64,000 bases of DNA from NCBI RefSeq assembly GCF_963921235.1, contig NC_086097.1:166162001-166226000 (forward strand), in the 5' to 3' direction. This DNA is from Mobula hypostoma. Lineage: Eukaryota. The notes under the pieces are model-generated. The model was not told the origin of the DNA. It ran no database searches and saw nothing but the letters and a program-made list of their open reading frames with translations. Shown piece after piece: positions 12,236 through 24,085 of the stretch. The position numbers were made by a program, and so were the translations under genes. Every line of letters begins with the position of its first letter. The first letter of the stretch is position 1.

Positions 12236-13285
12236 CGGCGCATCTTAACAGTGAATTCCTCATATTGATTTCAAATGGTAGTTTTATTGTCTGAGTTAGT
12301 GGTGACCCAGTGCTGAATTTGCCCAGTGAAAAGAGAGATGACAAAGGCAATCTTGGTTCAGTCCATAGAATACAGAGATGGCTGGAGTTCAAGTTGTAAG
12401 ATGCAGTGGGACAGGAAAATGCAGCATTGGGTTGGGGATTCATTAAGGTGTTCGGGCTCTGGAATCTGGGCTCAGAGGGAGGAGGTTGACTGTTGCAGGG
12501 TTGCAGTATCAAGGTGGAGAGCAGATGGCCAATGGCTCTTGCTGCTTCTGGATCATGTATTCATGTCGATTGACAAGCTCCTTTAGGTGAGTCAGCTCTG
12601 CTGGGTCAGTTGATGGTTCACTCATCCTGTCAGGAAATGTACAAGGGAGACCCAACCCAAAAGCAGATGATTTAGCAGTTAGCAATAACTTTAGTAATCA
12701 ACTATAAAATCACAAGCCACGAGGGGCCACAAAACAAGACAGAACAGATACTGAACTCACAGGTAACAAGGTAATTATCTGATACCACTATCTCTGATTA
12801 CTTCTGTGTACATTTTGATGCCCTCCTGCCTGGAACCAAGACAACAATAGAAATTACAGTTTAAAAAAAAGGCGTTTTGATGTTGCAACACAACTTAAAT
12901 TCTCTGAGCTGGCTAGTTCATCTGACCCACGTGACCTAAGCTGCTCAGTAAATGAAATGGTTGATTTTTTTCAACAACAACTTGACAAATATGTTAAACA
13001 ATGTAGCTCCACTTAAGGTTAAAAAGAAATCACTTAGCAAAACGTCACTATGGTTAAACAATTCTGTCTGTGAACTCAAGAGATCACGCAGAGTAGCCCA
13101 GAGAAAATGGAGGAACTTAGTATTTTCAAGGAAAATATTAGGCTCTTTTAACACTGCAATGTGCTCTGCAAGAAGGGTCCATTGTTCCAAGATTATTTCA
13201 GACAATAGCAGTGATTCAACTATAAACCGAACTTTGAACCCTATCCCACCCCCATAACATTCTCAGTCAAGCATGTGCCACAGAA

Positions 13286-16261
13286 GTGAGGAATTTGCAT
13301 CATTTTTTCATCAACATAATTACTTTCATTAGGGAGAGTATAGCTACAGATACTGGTAATCTCTGCAACCAACCTCTTAAAAAGATGGCAACCATGTCAA
13401 CCATGCCGACAAATCCAGGGCAAGCATTAAAAAGGGCTAAGAGAGTTGTAAAAGAGCGCCTGAAGGCTTTATGTGTCAATGCAAGGAGCATTCGTAATAA
13501 GGTGGATGAATTGAAAGTGCAGATTGTTATTAATGATTATGATATAGTTGGGATCACAGAGACATGGCTCCAGGGTGACCAGGGATGGGAGCTCAACGTT
13601 CAGGGATATTCAATATTCAGGAGGGATAGACATGAAGGAAGGGGAGGTGGGGTGGCGTTGCTGGTTAAAAAAGAGATTAACGCAATAGAAAGGAAGGACA
13701 TAAGCCGGGAAGATGTGGAATCGATATGGGTAGAGCTGCGTAACACTAAGGGGCAGAAGACGCTGGTGGGAGTTGTGTACAGGCCACCTAACAGTAGTAG
13801 TGAGGTCGGAGATGGTATTAAACAGGAAATTAGAAATGTGTGCAATAAAGGAACAGCAGTTATAATGGGTGACTTCAATCTACATGTAGACTGGGTGAAC
13901 CAAATTGGTAAAGGTGCTGAGGAAGAGGATTTCTTGGAATGTATGCGGGATGGTTTTTTGAACCAACATGTCGAGGAACCAACTAGAGAGCAGGCTATTC
14001 TGGACTGGGTTTTGAGCAATGAGGAAGGGTTAATTAGCGATCTTGTCGTGAGAGACCCTTTGGGTAAGAGTGACCATAATATGGTGGAATTCTTCATTAA
14101 CATGGAGAGTGACATAGTTAATTCAGAAACAAAGGTTCTGAACTTAAAGAGGGGTAACTTTGAAGGTATGAGACGTGAATTAGCTAAGATAGACTGGCAA
14201 ATGACACTTAAAGGATTGACGGTGGATATGCAATGGCAGGCATTTAAAGGTTGCATGGATGAACTACAACAATTGTTCATCCCAGTTTGGCAAAAGAATA
14301 AATCAAGGAAGGTAGTGCACCCATGGCTGACAAGAGAAATTAGGGATAGTATCAATTCCAAAGAAGTAGCATACAAATTAGCCAGAAAAAGTGGCTCACC
14401 TGAGGACTGGGAGAAATTCAGAGTTCAGCAGAGGAGGACAAAGGGCTTAATTAGGAAGGGGAAAAAAAATTATGAGAGAAAACTGGCAGAGAACATAAAA
14501 ACGGACTGTAAAAGCTTTTATAGATATGTAAAAAGGAAAAGACTGATAAAGACAAATGTAGGTCCCCTGCAGACAGAAACAGGTGAATTGATTATGGGGA
14601 GCAAGGACATGGCAGACCAATTGAATAATTACTTTGGTTCTGTCTTCACTAAGGAGGACATAAATAATCTTCCAGAAATGGTAAGGGACAGAGGGTCCAG
14701 TGAGATGGAGGAACTGAGTGAAATACATGTTAGTAGGGAAGTGGTGTTAGGTAAATTGAAGGGATTGAAGGCAGATAAATCCCCAGGGCCAGATGGTCTG
14801 CATCCCAGAGTGCTTAAGGAAGTAGCCCAAGAAATAGTGGATGCATTAGTGATAATTTTTCAAAACTCGTTAGATTCTGGACGAGTTCCTGAGGATTGGA
14901 GGGTGGCTAATGTAACCCCACTTTTTAAAAAAGGAGGGAGAGAGAAACCGGGGAATTATAGGCCGGTTAGCCTAACGTCGGTGGTGGGGAAACTGCTAGA
15001 GTCAGTTATCAAGGATGTGATAACAGCACATTTGGAAAGCGGTGAAATGATCGGACAAAGTCAGCATGGATTTGTGAAAGGAAAATCATGTCTGACGAAT
15101 CTCATAGAATTTTTTGAGGATGTAACTAGTAGAGTGGATAGGGGAGAACCAGTGGATGTGGTATATTTGGATTTTCAAAAGGCTTTTGACAAGGTCCCAC
15201 ACAGGAGATTAGTGTGCAAACTTAAAGCACACGGTATTGGGGGTAAGGTATTGGTGTGGGTGGAGAATTGGTTAGCAGACAGGAAGCAAAGAGTGGGAAT
15301 AAACGGGACCTTTTCAGAATGGCAGGCGGTGACTAGTGGGGTACCGCAAGGCTCAGTGCTGGGACCCCAGTTGTTTACAATATATATTAATGACTTGGAT
15401 GAGGGAATTAAATGCAGCATCTCTAAGTTTGCGGATGACACGAAGCTGGGTGGCAGTGTTAGCAGTGAGGAGGATGCTAAGAGGATGCAGGGTGACTCGG
15501 ATAGGTTGGGTGAGTGGGCAAACTCATGGCAGATGCAATTTAATGTGGATAAATGTGAAGTTATCCACTTTGGTGGCAAAAATAGGAAAACTGATTATTA
15601 TCTGAATGGTGGCCGATTAGGAAAAGGGGAGGTGCAACGAGACCTGGGTGTCATTATACACCAGTCATTGAAAGTGGGCATGCAGGTACAGCAGGCGGTG
15701 AAAAAGGCGAACGGTATGCTGGCATTTATAGCGAGAGGATTCGAGTACAGGAGCAGGGAGGTACTACTGCAGTTGTACAAGGCCTTGGTGAGACCACACC
15801 TGGAGTATTGTGTGCAGTTTTGGTCCCCTAATCTGAGGAAAGACATCTTTGCCATAGAGGGAGTACAAAGAAGGTTCACCAGATTGATTCCTGGGATGGC
15901 AGGTCTTTCATATGAAGAAAGACTGGATGAACTGGGCTTGTACTCGTTGGAATTTAGAAGATTGAGGGGGGATCTGATTGAAACGTATAAGATCCTAAAG
16001 GGATTGGACAGGCTAGATGCGGGAAGATTGCTCCCGATGTTGGGGAGGTCCAGAACGAGGGGTCACAGTTTGAAGATAGAGGGGAAGCCTTTTAGGACCG
16101 AGATTAGGAAAAACTTCTTCACACAGAGAGTGGTGAATCTGTGGAATTCTCTGCCACAGCAAACTGTTGAGGCCAGTTCATTGGCTATGTTTAAGAGGGA
16201 GTTAGATATGGCCCTTGTGGCTACAGGGGTCAGGGGGTATGGAGGGAAGGCTGGGTTCTGA
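13286..16261 (+). CDS. CR1 ORF2 protein: APE endonuclease plus reverse transcriptase (about the first 40 codons derive from the flanking L2)
   Basis: 991-aa open frame with NARS, ITETW, VYRPP, GDFN, SDH (APE) and YRPVSLTS, LDFQKAFDKVPH, GVPQGSVLGP, KFADD, DLGV (RT). Confidence 0.93.
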   Translation: MRNLHHFFINIITFIRESIATDTGNLCNQPLKKMATMSTMPTNPGQALKRAKRVVKERLKALCVNARSIRNKVDELKVQIVINDYDIVGITETWLQGDQGWELNVQGYSIFRRDRHEGRGGGVALLVKKEINAIERKDISREDVESIWVELRNTKGQKTLVGVVYRPPNSSSEVGDGIKQEIRNVCNKGTAVIMGDFNLHVDWVNQIGKGAEEEDFLECMRDGFLNQHVEEPTREQAILDWVLSNEEGLISDLVVRDPLGKSDHNMVEFFINMESDIVNSETKVLNLKRGNFEGMRRELAKIDWQMTLKGLTVDMQWQAFKGCMDELQQLFIPVWQKNKSRKVVHPWLTREIRDSINSKEVAYKLARKSGSPEDWEKFRVQQRRTKGLIRKGKKNYERKLAENIKTDCKSFYRYVKRKRLIKTNVGPLQTETGELIMGSKDMADQLNNYFGSVFTKEDINNLPEMVRDRGSSEMEELSEIHVSREVVLGKLKGLKADKSPGPDGLHPRVLKEVAQEIVDALVIIFQNSLDSGRVPEDWRVANVTPLFKKGGREKPGNYRPVSLTSVVGKLLESVIKDVITAHLESGEMIGQSQHGFVKGKSCLTNLIEFFEDVTSRVDRGEPVDVVYLDFQKAFDKVPHRRLVCKLKAHGIGGKVLVWVENWLADRKQRVGINGTFSEWQAVTSGVPQGSVLGPQLFTIYINDLDEGIKCSISKFADDTKLGGSVSSEEDAKRMQGDSDRLGEWANSWQMQFNVDKCEVIHFGGKNRKTDYYLNGGRLGKGEVQRDLGVIIHQSLKVGMQVQQAVKKANGMLAFIARGFEYRSREVLLQLYKALVRPHLEYCVQFWSPNLRKDIFAIEGVQRRFTRLIPGMAGLSYEERLDELGLYSLEFRRLRGDLIETYKILKGLDRLDAGRLLPMLGRSRTRGHSLKIEGKPFRTEIRKNFFTQRVVNLWNSLPQQTVEASSLAMFKRELDMALVATGVRGYGGKAGF

Positions 16262-16360
16262 GTTGGATGATCAGCCATGATCATAATAAATGGCGGTGCA
16301 GGCTCGAAGGGCCGAATGGCCTACTCCTGCACCTATTTTCTATGTTTCTATGTTTCTATG
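13406..16360 (+). mobile_element. Young CR1 LINE, 5'-truncated just upstream of ORF2, with (TTTCTATG)3 tail
   Basis: Uninterrupted ORF2, short 3' UTR, octamer tail at 16337-16360. L2 sequence on both sides. Confidence 0.95.
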
Positions 16361-16585
16361 TTTACAAGTATTTCTGATTCAAAATTCTATAAGACAATAA
16401 CAAGGAGTAAGCCATCTACTTGCTGGCTTGATCCTGTCCCTATCATGCTTTCTAAGGAATCTTTTAACAGTGTTTTCAATTCTGTTAGGAAAATTATTAA
16501 CGCAATCCCTGAAACTGGAGTTCTTCCAGATGCTTTCAAAACTGTAACTGTCAAACCCCAAACCTTGATAATAAAGTACTCACTA

Positions 16586-17923
16586 GTGGTAAATCATTAA
16601 ATTTATATAAATTCTTTATATCATTATCAACTCTTATACCTAAATACTTTATACCATTTATCAGCCGTCTAAATTGGGTAGTTAAACGACATTAACTATA
16701 GTCTCCTTTAGTAAGAGGTAAGATTTCACTTTTATCCCAATTTATTTTGTACCCTGATACTTTCCCATATTCTTCCAATCTAGAAGATAGTTTATGTAAT
16801 GAATGCAGTGGGTTTGTTAAATAAATCAAAACATCATCAGCAAATAAATTAATCTTATATCCCTCCTGATTAACTTTAAAACCGTTAATATCTGAATCAA
16901 TTCTAATTAATTCTGCTAATGATTCTATCGCCAATACAAATAAAGCAGGTGATAATGGACAACCTTGTCTAGTTGACCTTTTTAACTAGAATGGTGTTGA
17001 AATTTGACTACTTGTCACTACTTTAGCGTTAGGATTAGTGTTTAAGGTTTTAATCCAGTTTATAAAAGGTACTCCTAACCCATATTTTTCTAATACTTTA
17101 AATAAAAAATCCCATTCCAATCTATCAAATGCTTTTTCTGCATCCAAAGCTACTACCATACTCATTTCTTCCCTCTTTTGTGCCAAATGAATTATACTAA
17201 GTAGCTGAGTTACTTTATCTGCCGATTGTCTAACTTACTCAAACTTATCTGATCAATGTTTTCGGTGTAATCAAGAAATTGGTACTTTTTTACATTCTAC
17301 TTGGTCCTGTTCCAAAATTCAACCTTTTTGGATAAATTTAAGAGTTTTATTGGAACAAGTTATTGGAACTCAACTTCCACATAACCCTATATTATTTTTA
17401 TTAGGTGACATTGAAGGGATAAAATCGAAACTTAAATTGAATAAATTCCAGAAAGAATTTATAAAAATTGCATTGGTAGTAGTAGCCAAGAAGGCTATTG
17501 CAGTTACTTGGAAATCGGATTCGTATTTAGGTATGGATCATTGGAATAATGAAATTTTCAGCTGTATTCCACTTGAAAAAATTACTTATAATTTAAGAAA
17601 TAAATATGATACATTTTTGAATATTTGGCACCCTTCTTTACAAAAGATAGGATTGTATATATAGGTGCTCCGATGGTAAAGATGTTGGTCCTTTGGGGAA
17701 AGAAACAAGTAAATATATTAAATTTATTTCGAATCCCATGGAGCAAGTGGAGACCTTCCAATATCCAGGCAGACTTTCTTGCTTTTTTTTTCTTTTTTTC
17801 TTTTTCTTTCTTTTCTTTTAGGTAGGGGTATGTATCGGGGGGAAGGGTTAAGGGGAGGGGGAGGGTAGATATTATTATTCCATGTAACCAAGTTTGAAAA
17901 CTCAACTAAAAAAATTTAAAAAA
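16586..17923. mobile_element. L1/Tx1-clade LINE with 5' inversion: RT segment on minus (16586 to about 17231), C-terminal CCHC, 3' UTR and poly(A) on plus (about 17232-17923)
   Basis: Minus: LDAEKAFDRLEW, INLFADD, SGYKINWDKS. Plus: CFRC...FLHSTWSC, G-rich UTR, A-tail. 16-bp TSD AATAAAGTACTCACTA at 16570-16585 and 17924-17939. Confidence 0.92.
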
Positions 17924-20679
17924 AATAAAGTACTCACTAACTAAGGCCTATATCAAATTTTCCCTTTCTTGGCAAGGTTCTTGAGAAAGTCATTTTCAAC
18001 CAGCTCAACAACTTTCTGAATGGGAACAATATTCTAGAAATGTTTCAGTCAGGTTTTACAGCAAACCATAACATGGAGATGGGCCTTGCCAAAGTTGTCA
18101 ATGACCTGCAGCTCAGCACTGATGCCAACAGAGTCTCAGTTCTAATTCTTCTCGATCTAAGTGCTGACTTCAGCATTCTCCTTGATTGCCTTGAGAACTG
18201 TGTTGGCCTCTTTGGTACTGCCCTTAGTTGGTTTCATTCATATATCTTAAAGAGACCAATTTTCTCAGAGATACAATGTACCTTTTGGTGTTGTTCAAGG
18301 AAGCTGTCTTAGTCCCCCACTCTTCTTTTTATGCACGCTCACCTTAGGAGACATCATTAGAGAGCATAAACTTGATTTCCACAGTTATGTAGATGAGCAC
18401 AATTGTACATCTCAGTTGAGCCTGATGATGATAACACCCTACCTTCTCTAACTTCTGGTGCGGCTGCAATAGACAAATAGATGAACAATAATTTCCTAAA
18501 AGTAAATGAAGATAAATTGAAATACTTTTGTTGCCCAAAAGAGATAAACTTTTTGATAACTTTGGGAACTTGGCTCCCCTTGTAAAATCAGAAGTAACAA
18601 GCCTGGGTGTTACCTTTGATTCAGATTTGAATTTTAAATCCCTCATAAGGAAAGTGACCAGAGCAGCATTTCGACACTTAAGAAATATTGCAAAGGTACG
18701 TCCGTTTCTATCATAGAATGATGCTGAAAAATGAATTCATGTCTTTATATCGATTATAAAGACTAGATTACTGCAATGTACTTATTATTGACCTTCCAAA
18801 GCACGCTATTGACAAACTTCAACGCATTCAGAACACCACTGCTAGACTTTTAACTGAAATGATGATGGGGGAATATATCATTCCTGTACTAGCTATTCTG
18901 CATTGGCTTCCAGTATCCTTTAGAATTAATTTTAAAGTTCTCTTATTTGTTTTTAAAACTCTTAATGGTCTGGGACTGGAGAACATCTGAGAATCGTTTT
19001 CGTGCTTGAGCTCTCAGGTCTTCTTCTGCTGGTCTCTTAAATTTAAACCATCTCCCACAAAAGATAATTGGCAAGGCAGCTTTTATTTTTGAGCTACACT
19101 CCTAAGCTGTGGATTTCAATACCTAAACCTATAAGGGATGCAGACTCAGTCGACACTTTTAAGTGCCAGCTCAAAACCTATTTATTTAACTTAATGTTTA
19201 ACAAACTTTTTTTTTGTTTTTTATTTCATGTTTATTTTTATTTTATTTTTATTCTTTAATTTATTGTTATGTTTGTATTTTAGCCCTTTATAAGGCACAT
19301 TGAACTGTATCATCTGTATGAAAAATGCTGCACAAAATACACTTATTAGCTAAAAGCTAGGAGCAACTGGTTGAGGATGTCTGGTTTGTATGAGTGAACA
19401 AGGATTGTGGATGAGAGCTGGGTTTAGATAGGCTGCAGGTGATGAGTTGGAAACGGATGGCAGGTGACTCTTATTAGCTGGGTGGAGAGACTGGGAGGAG
19501 CCTGCATATGCAGACAAGACAAAGGCAAGATGAGATGGATCACTTGGATGCCTCTTCCAAAAACCTGGTAAACTCATGAGTTGGCTAAAGAGCCACCTTC
19601 TTCCTTGTACAATGAAATTATACCAATCAAGTGAATTTAAGGTATTTTTAAGTACAAAAGCTTTAAATTAGAGGGGAAAACAAATTTATTGTTGACAGAG
19701 AGTTAGTTGCGAGGTCGTAGAATGCAGTAATGAAGTTAGTGACTGAATAAGAAATACGTTAATATTTAATTGTCGATTAAATATCCGGTTGAAGAAAACT
19801 GGGATAAAGGGATTTGGGAAAGAGTAGGAATGTAGGATGTGGAGCGTAGCACGAACATAGACTGTACACTTTGCCTCTGTGTAGCATTTTTCTATGAAAC
19901 ATTATACAATGACATTGGGAACATGTAGAAGAGCCAATTGGCTGCCTGGTCTATTTGCCCACCGTTCTGAAATGAAACCAGTGTTCTTCTTGCACATTGC
20001 CCCAGGATGTTTTCACAAAGTGTTTCCCCAAGATCCCAAGAGGCCTTTCTGCAGCAATTCTGAGGCCAATGTTAACTTCTGCTGTGGTTGAATTGGCTTC
20101 AGATTTCTAAGCAGATGATCCTGCCAGGGCCAAGATGTCCTGAAGGTTGCCATCACATGTGTGGATCTATGAATAGAACAAGGTTGCATAATCACAAGCT
20201 TAGATCTTGTAAATTAGTAAAGCATTAATACAGTAGTATTTTTGATAGCTAATCTGGCTGTTTCACACTTTTAGTTTTTCAATGGAATTTTGCCTGGAAA
20301 TTCAATTGCATAACATTTTTTTCAACATTATCCATCTGAGGATTGATTTTGTTTTCATTTTGCAAAGCATGGTAATGACTATTTCTGGATTTGATTTGTG
20401 TTGCCTGGAAAATTATATGTACCTACTGCTACCATCTCAAGTCACGTTTGTGAATACTACACATTTCCAGGTAATTCTGCGACTGCTTCCTATTGGAAGA
20501 CTGAAGTGCACTGTGCCCTAAGGATGAACTGTTGACCATTTCTGGGACAGCATGGTCATTTTAGCACCCTGTAAGCCTGGGAAGCCTGAAATGGAAATAT
20601 ATTACTTAACATAAAATGGATGTTTTCTCCAGCCCTACACTGAAAATATTCCCTCATCGGTCCTAATTTCATACTGTCA

Positions 20680-21355
20680 TAGAGTCTCAGGATTATACAG
20701 CACAGGCCCTTTAACCCATCATATCCATGCTGAAGCTTTTACACTAACCCCACACGTTTATCATATCCGTCTATGCCTTGCCTAGTTAAATGTCTGTGTA
20801 TTAAATCTTTAATTGTATCAGATTGCCCCACTGGCTGTTGGTGCCTGATACCAACTACTCTTTATGCAAAAAGCTTAACAACAAGATCCCCTTTAAATCT
20901 CCTACCTCTTAAATCTATGACTTCTTGTTTTGGAAACACTACCATGTGAAAAAAATATTTTGACCATCTATTCTTTCTATACCTCTTGTACCCTTTCTAT
21001 ACCTCTAACAGTTCTATATACCACTATCAGGTCACCCTTGGCCTCTTTTACTCCAGGGCAAACAAGCTCAGCCATCCAATCTATCTTTGTAACTAAAGCT
21101 GTCCTGGTGAATCATCTCTGCACCACATCCAATGTAATTGCATCCTTCCTATGATATGGTGGCCAGAAATGTACACTGTGCTCCAAGTGTGAAATAATCA
21201 ATGTGATGTGAAGTTGCAACAATATTCCCAATCCTTGTATTCTACAATCTGATCTATGAAAGCAAGACTTTGCCTTTTTCACTACACTATTCATCAGTAA
21301 TGTCACCTTAAGTGAATTTTGGACCTGACCCCTCAAAGTCCCTCTGTTCATTAGC
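20680..21355 (-). mobile_element. Old CR1 3' fragment
   Basis: ORF 21112-21351 (HLEHSVHFWPPYHRKD...VQR). Confidence 0.75.
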
Positions 21356-22489
21356 TTTAAACAATGCCCTATAATTTATTGTCTTTTTTCAAGCCATTAT
21401 TTGACCCCCCCCCCAATTTGCTGCACACAAAAACTCCTTGACTTCCACCAACCCATGAGTACACTCTCCAGACCTCTTCAGTGCCCATCCACTTCTACAA
21501 ATCCTTGGCTCATCTGTATCTTCTCACCTCATTCCATTACACAGCTGATCTCTGCACTCCACACACTGCTACTCATCCCTCTATACACTGCTAGTCTCTG
21601 AATCTCCTAGTCTACAAATATACTACTGGCTTCTTGTTTCCCTGATGTGTATACGGAATGTGTATCAAAACAATGTTAGCACATACACTGCGTAAGAACT
21701 CGTTCTTGAAGCAAGGTCTTTACCTTGAAATATTAACTCAGCTTCCCCTTCCACAGATGCTGCCTGACCTACATGTGATAATTGCTGGTTTGCAATAGAT
21801 TCACAAATTCATAGAGTTATACAGCACATAAATAGACCCTCCAGCCCAACTTGTCCATGCTGACCAAGATGCCAATCTAAGATAATCCTATTTGCCTGTG
21901 TTTTGACTATTTCCTTCTAAACCTTCCTATCCATGCACCGTGTCAAATTTGTATTAAGAGTTGTAAATGTACCATATCAGCCATACTATCTCCTTGCAGT
22001 TACTGTCATGTGAGGGGTACGGAGGTTTGACGTCCCATACCACCAGGTTCAAGATCAGACACTTCCCTTTAAACATTCAGATCTTGAAAGAACTGGCAAA
22101 GCTCTAACTGTTGCAGTTTAGCAACTCTGTGACCACTTTGTCCACTTTGTACTGAAATGGAAAAAGGCTCTTGACCTGAATGGTCACCTGTTTATTCCTT
22201 TCCATAGATGTTGCCTGACCTGCTGAGTTCCTCTGTATTTTGTGTGCATTGTTTTTTGTTCTAATTCTGTTTTCTTGTAAAAGTTGTGTATAAATGATGT
22301 TTAACATGATTTTCTTGTGAATGCTGCTTATATGATGCTATTTGTGATGCTGTTGTAAGTTTTTCATTGTACCTGTGTGTACTTGTATTTATGTATATGG
22401 TAATAAGCTTGACTTTGATTTTTGTCTCCACTACCTCCTCTGGCAGCTCATTCCATACATTCACAATTTATCTGTGCACCTTGTCCTTT

Positions 22490-22700
22490 TATTGTTGTTG
22501 TTCCTTTTCGCACCTTGTGGCATATTGGGCGGCATTTTTGCCATTTTCATAGCATTTGACTCTTTCTTTTTATGAGGCTGAGTTGCCAGCCTGACGTTCA
22601 CCTAGCATGGATGGACAGCATGCGAAGAACCAGCTGGATGCAAACTCGAGACCGCTTGTCTCGAAGTCTGGTGCTGAAGCCACTACTCCACCAGCCGGCT
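22490..22700 (-). mobile_element. tRNA-derived SINE
   Basis: The minus strand starts GCCGGCTGGTGGAGTAGTGG (A-box-like) and has GAGTTTGCATCC (degenerate B-box), followed by a non-tRNA body. Confidence 0.65.
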
Positions 22701-23117
22701 TAGCCTTTGGATCCCCTTTAAATATTTTCTTTCTTACCTTAAACCTATACCCTTAAGTTTTAGACACCTTTACCCTCAAGAAAAGACTGTGTCTCCCTAC
22801 CCTATATGTACCTGGCACAATTTCATAAGCCTCTCTCAATTTACCCTTGAGCCTCCGACACTCCAAGGAAACAGGTCCCAGCCTGAAGTGAGTAAACTTT
22901 GCTCCTGGTGCTTTTGAGAGATTATTATTATACTTAGAACTTAGCAGCACTACTGACTCCAAAAATTCTACATCTGGTGACAAGGATGTTGACAGCTGAC
23001 ATGCATCTGCTTTAATTTACAAGGGCTACAGGGTTTGAGTTATAGGGAGAGGCTGACCAGGCTTGGCCTTTATTCCTTGGAATGTAGCAGAATGAGCGAC
23101 AATCTTATAAAAGTGTT

Positions 23118-23528
23118 TAGACCATAAGACAAAGGAGCAGAAGTAGGCCATTTGGCCCATTGAGTCTGCTGCGCCATTTTATCATGAGCTGATCCATTCT
23201 CCTATTTAGTCCCACTCCCCCGCCTTCTCACCATAACCTTTGATGCCCTGGCTACTCAAATACTTAACGATCTCTGCCTTAAATACACCCAATGACTTGG
23301 CCTCCACTGCCGCCCGTGGCAACAAATTCCATAGATTCACCACCCTCTGACTAAAAAAATTCCTTCGCATTTCTGTTCTGAATGGGCGCCCTTCAATCCT
23401 TAAGTCATGCCCTCTCGTACTAGACTCCCCCATCATGGGAAACAACTTTGCCACATCCACTCTGTCCATGCCTTTTAACATTCGAAATGTTTCTATGAGG
23501 TCTCCCCTCATTCTTCTAAACTCCAAGG
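23118..23528 (-). mobile_element. CR1 3' fragment inserted antisense into an older plus-strand CR1 3' end (about 23020-23860)
   Basis: ORF 23206-23526 (RRMRGDLIETFRMLKG...FFSQRVVNLWN) and a TCTTATGG tail. Same subfamily as 61720-62337. Confidence 0.85.
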
Positions 23529-24085
23529 ATGCTCAAATGATCAAAGCTGTAGATAAGATCGATGATAGCTGTCTTTTCTTCAGGATAGGGGAGTTGAAAA
23601 TGGGGGGGGGGAGGGAAAGATGTAAAAAGGGACTTGGGAGACAACTTTCTTATGCAGAGAGCAGTGAGTCTATGGAATGAGCTCCAGAGGAAACGGTTGA
23701 GGCAGGTACATAGTATTAGTTAAGAAGCACTTAGATAGGCACTTGGAGAGTCAACACTTTGAGGGATATGGGCTGAATGCAGGTAATTGGATCTAGCATA
23801 GTGGGTACTGTGGCTGGCTGGCTTAATGGCCTTTATCCATGCTGTATTACCCCATGACTCAAATGAAAGTGAAGCAATCTGAAGAAATGTGGCCTCAGAG
23901 TTTGCCAAGGTATCCAGTGAGTCATTCTATTTACATGGGTAATGGCTATTAAACATTGGTAGCACAAGAACAGACTATCCCGTTCTACATGCTTGCTCTA
24001 TAATTCAATGTCCTACCTCACAATCCAGTTCAAAGTACATTTATTCTCAGAGTATGTATGCTCTATACAACCTTGAGTTTGATCT

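Larger units (their letters stand above)
12781..19347 (+). mobile_element. Degenerate L2-clade LINE in three pieces (about 12781-13398, 16361-16585, 17940-19347)
   Basis: KPSTCWLDPVP...FKTVTVKP (16277-16600), FQSGF...KVVNDL...VLILLDLSA (18040-18312), LGVTFDSDLNF...HLRNIAKVRPFLS (18528-18716), FKCQLKTYLF (19068-19259), and an L2-like 3' end. Confidence 0.85.
3941..19521 (-). mobile_element. Old Ty3/Gypsy element (host of a large nest): integrase, RNaseH, RT, protease, gag and a split 5' LTR
   Basis: Integrase 4224-4628 (CPQC...HIAMDFITDLPPSKG), RNaseH 4696-4974 (FLIWTDYQNL), RT remnants about 5400-5900, gag about 6850-7086 continuing at 12241-12620. LTR-like sequence starts TGTCAGG at about 12628 and resumes at about 19348-19521 after the L2 insertion. 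The LTR limits are approximate. Confidence 0.75.

Noticed and set aside
13600..14376. 258-aa antisense ORF (also 15175-15579 and 52725-53402)
   Set aside because: Shadow frames of retroelement coding sequence with no recognisable motifs.
19894..20521. Short ORFs in unique-looking sequence as host exons
   Set aside because: No recognisable protein similarity or consistent splice signals; lengths are compatible with chance.
22630..22700. tRNA gene
   Set aside because: Degenerate B-box, no convincing cloverleaf, and it continues into a SINE body.
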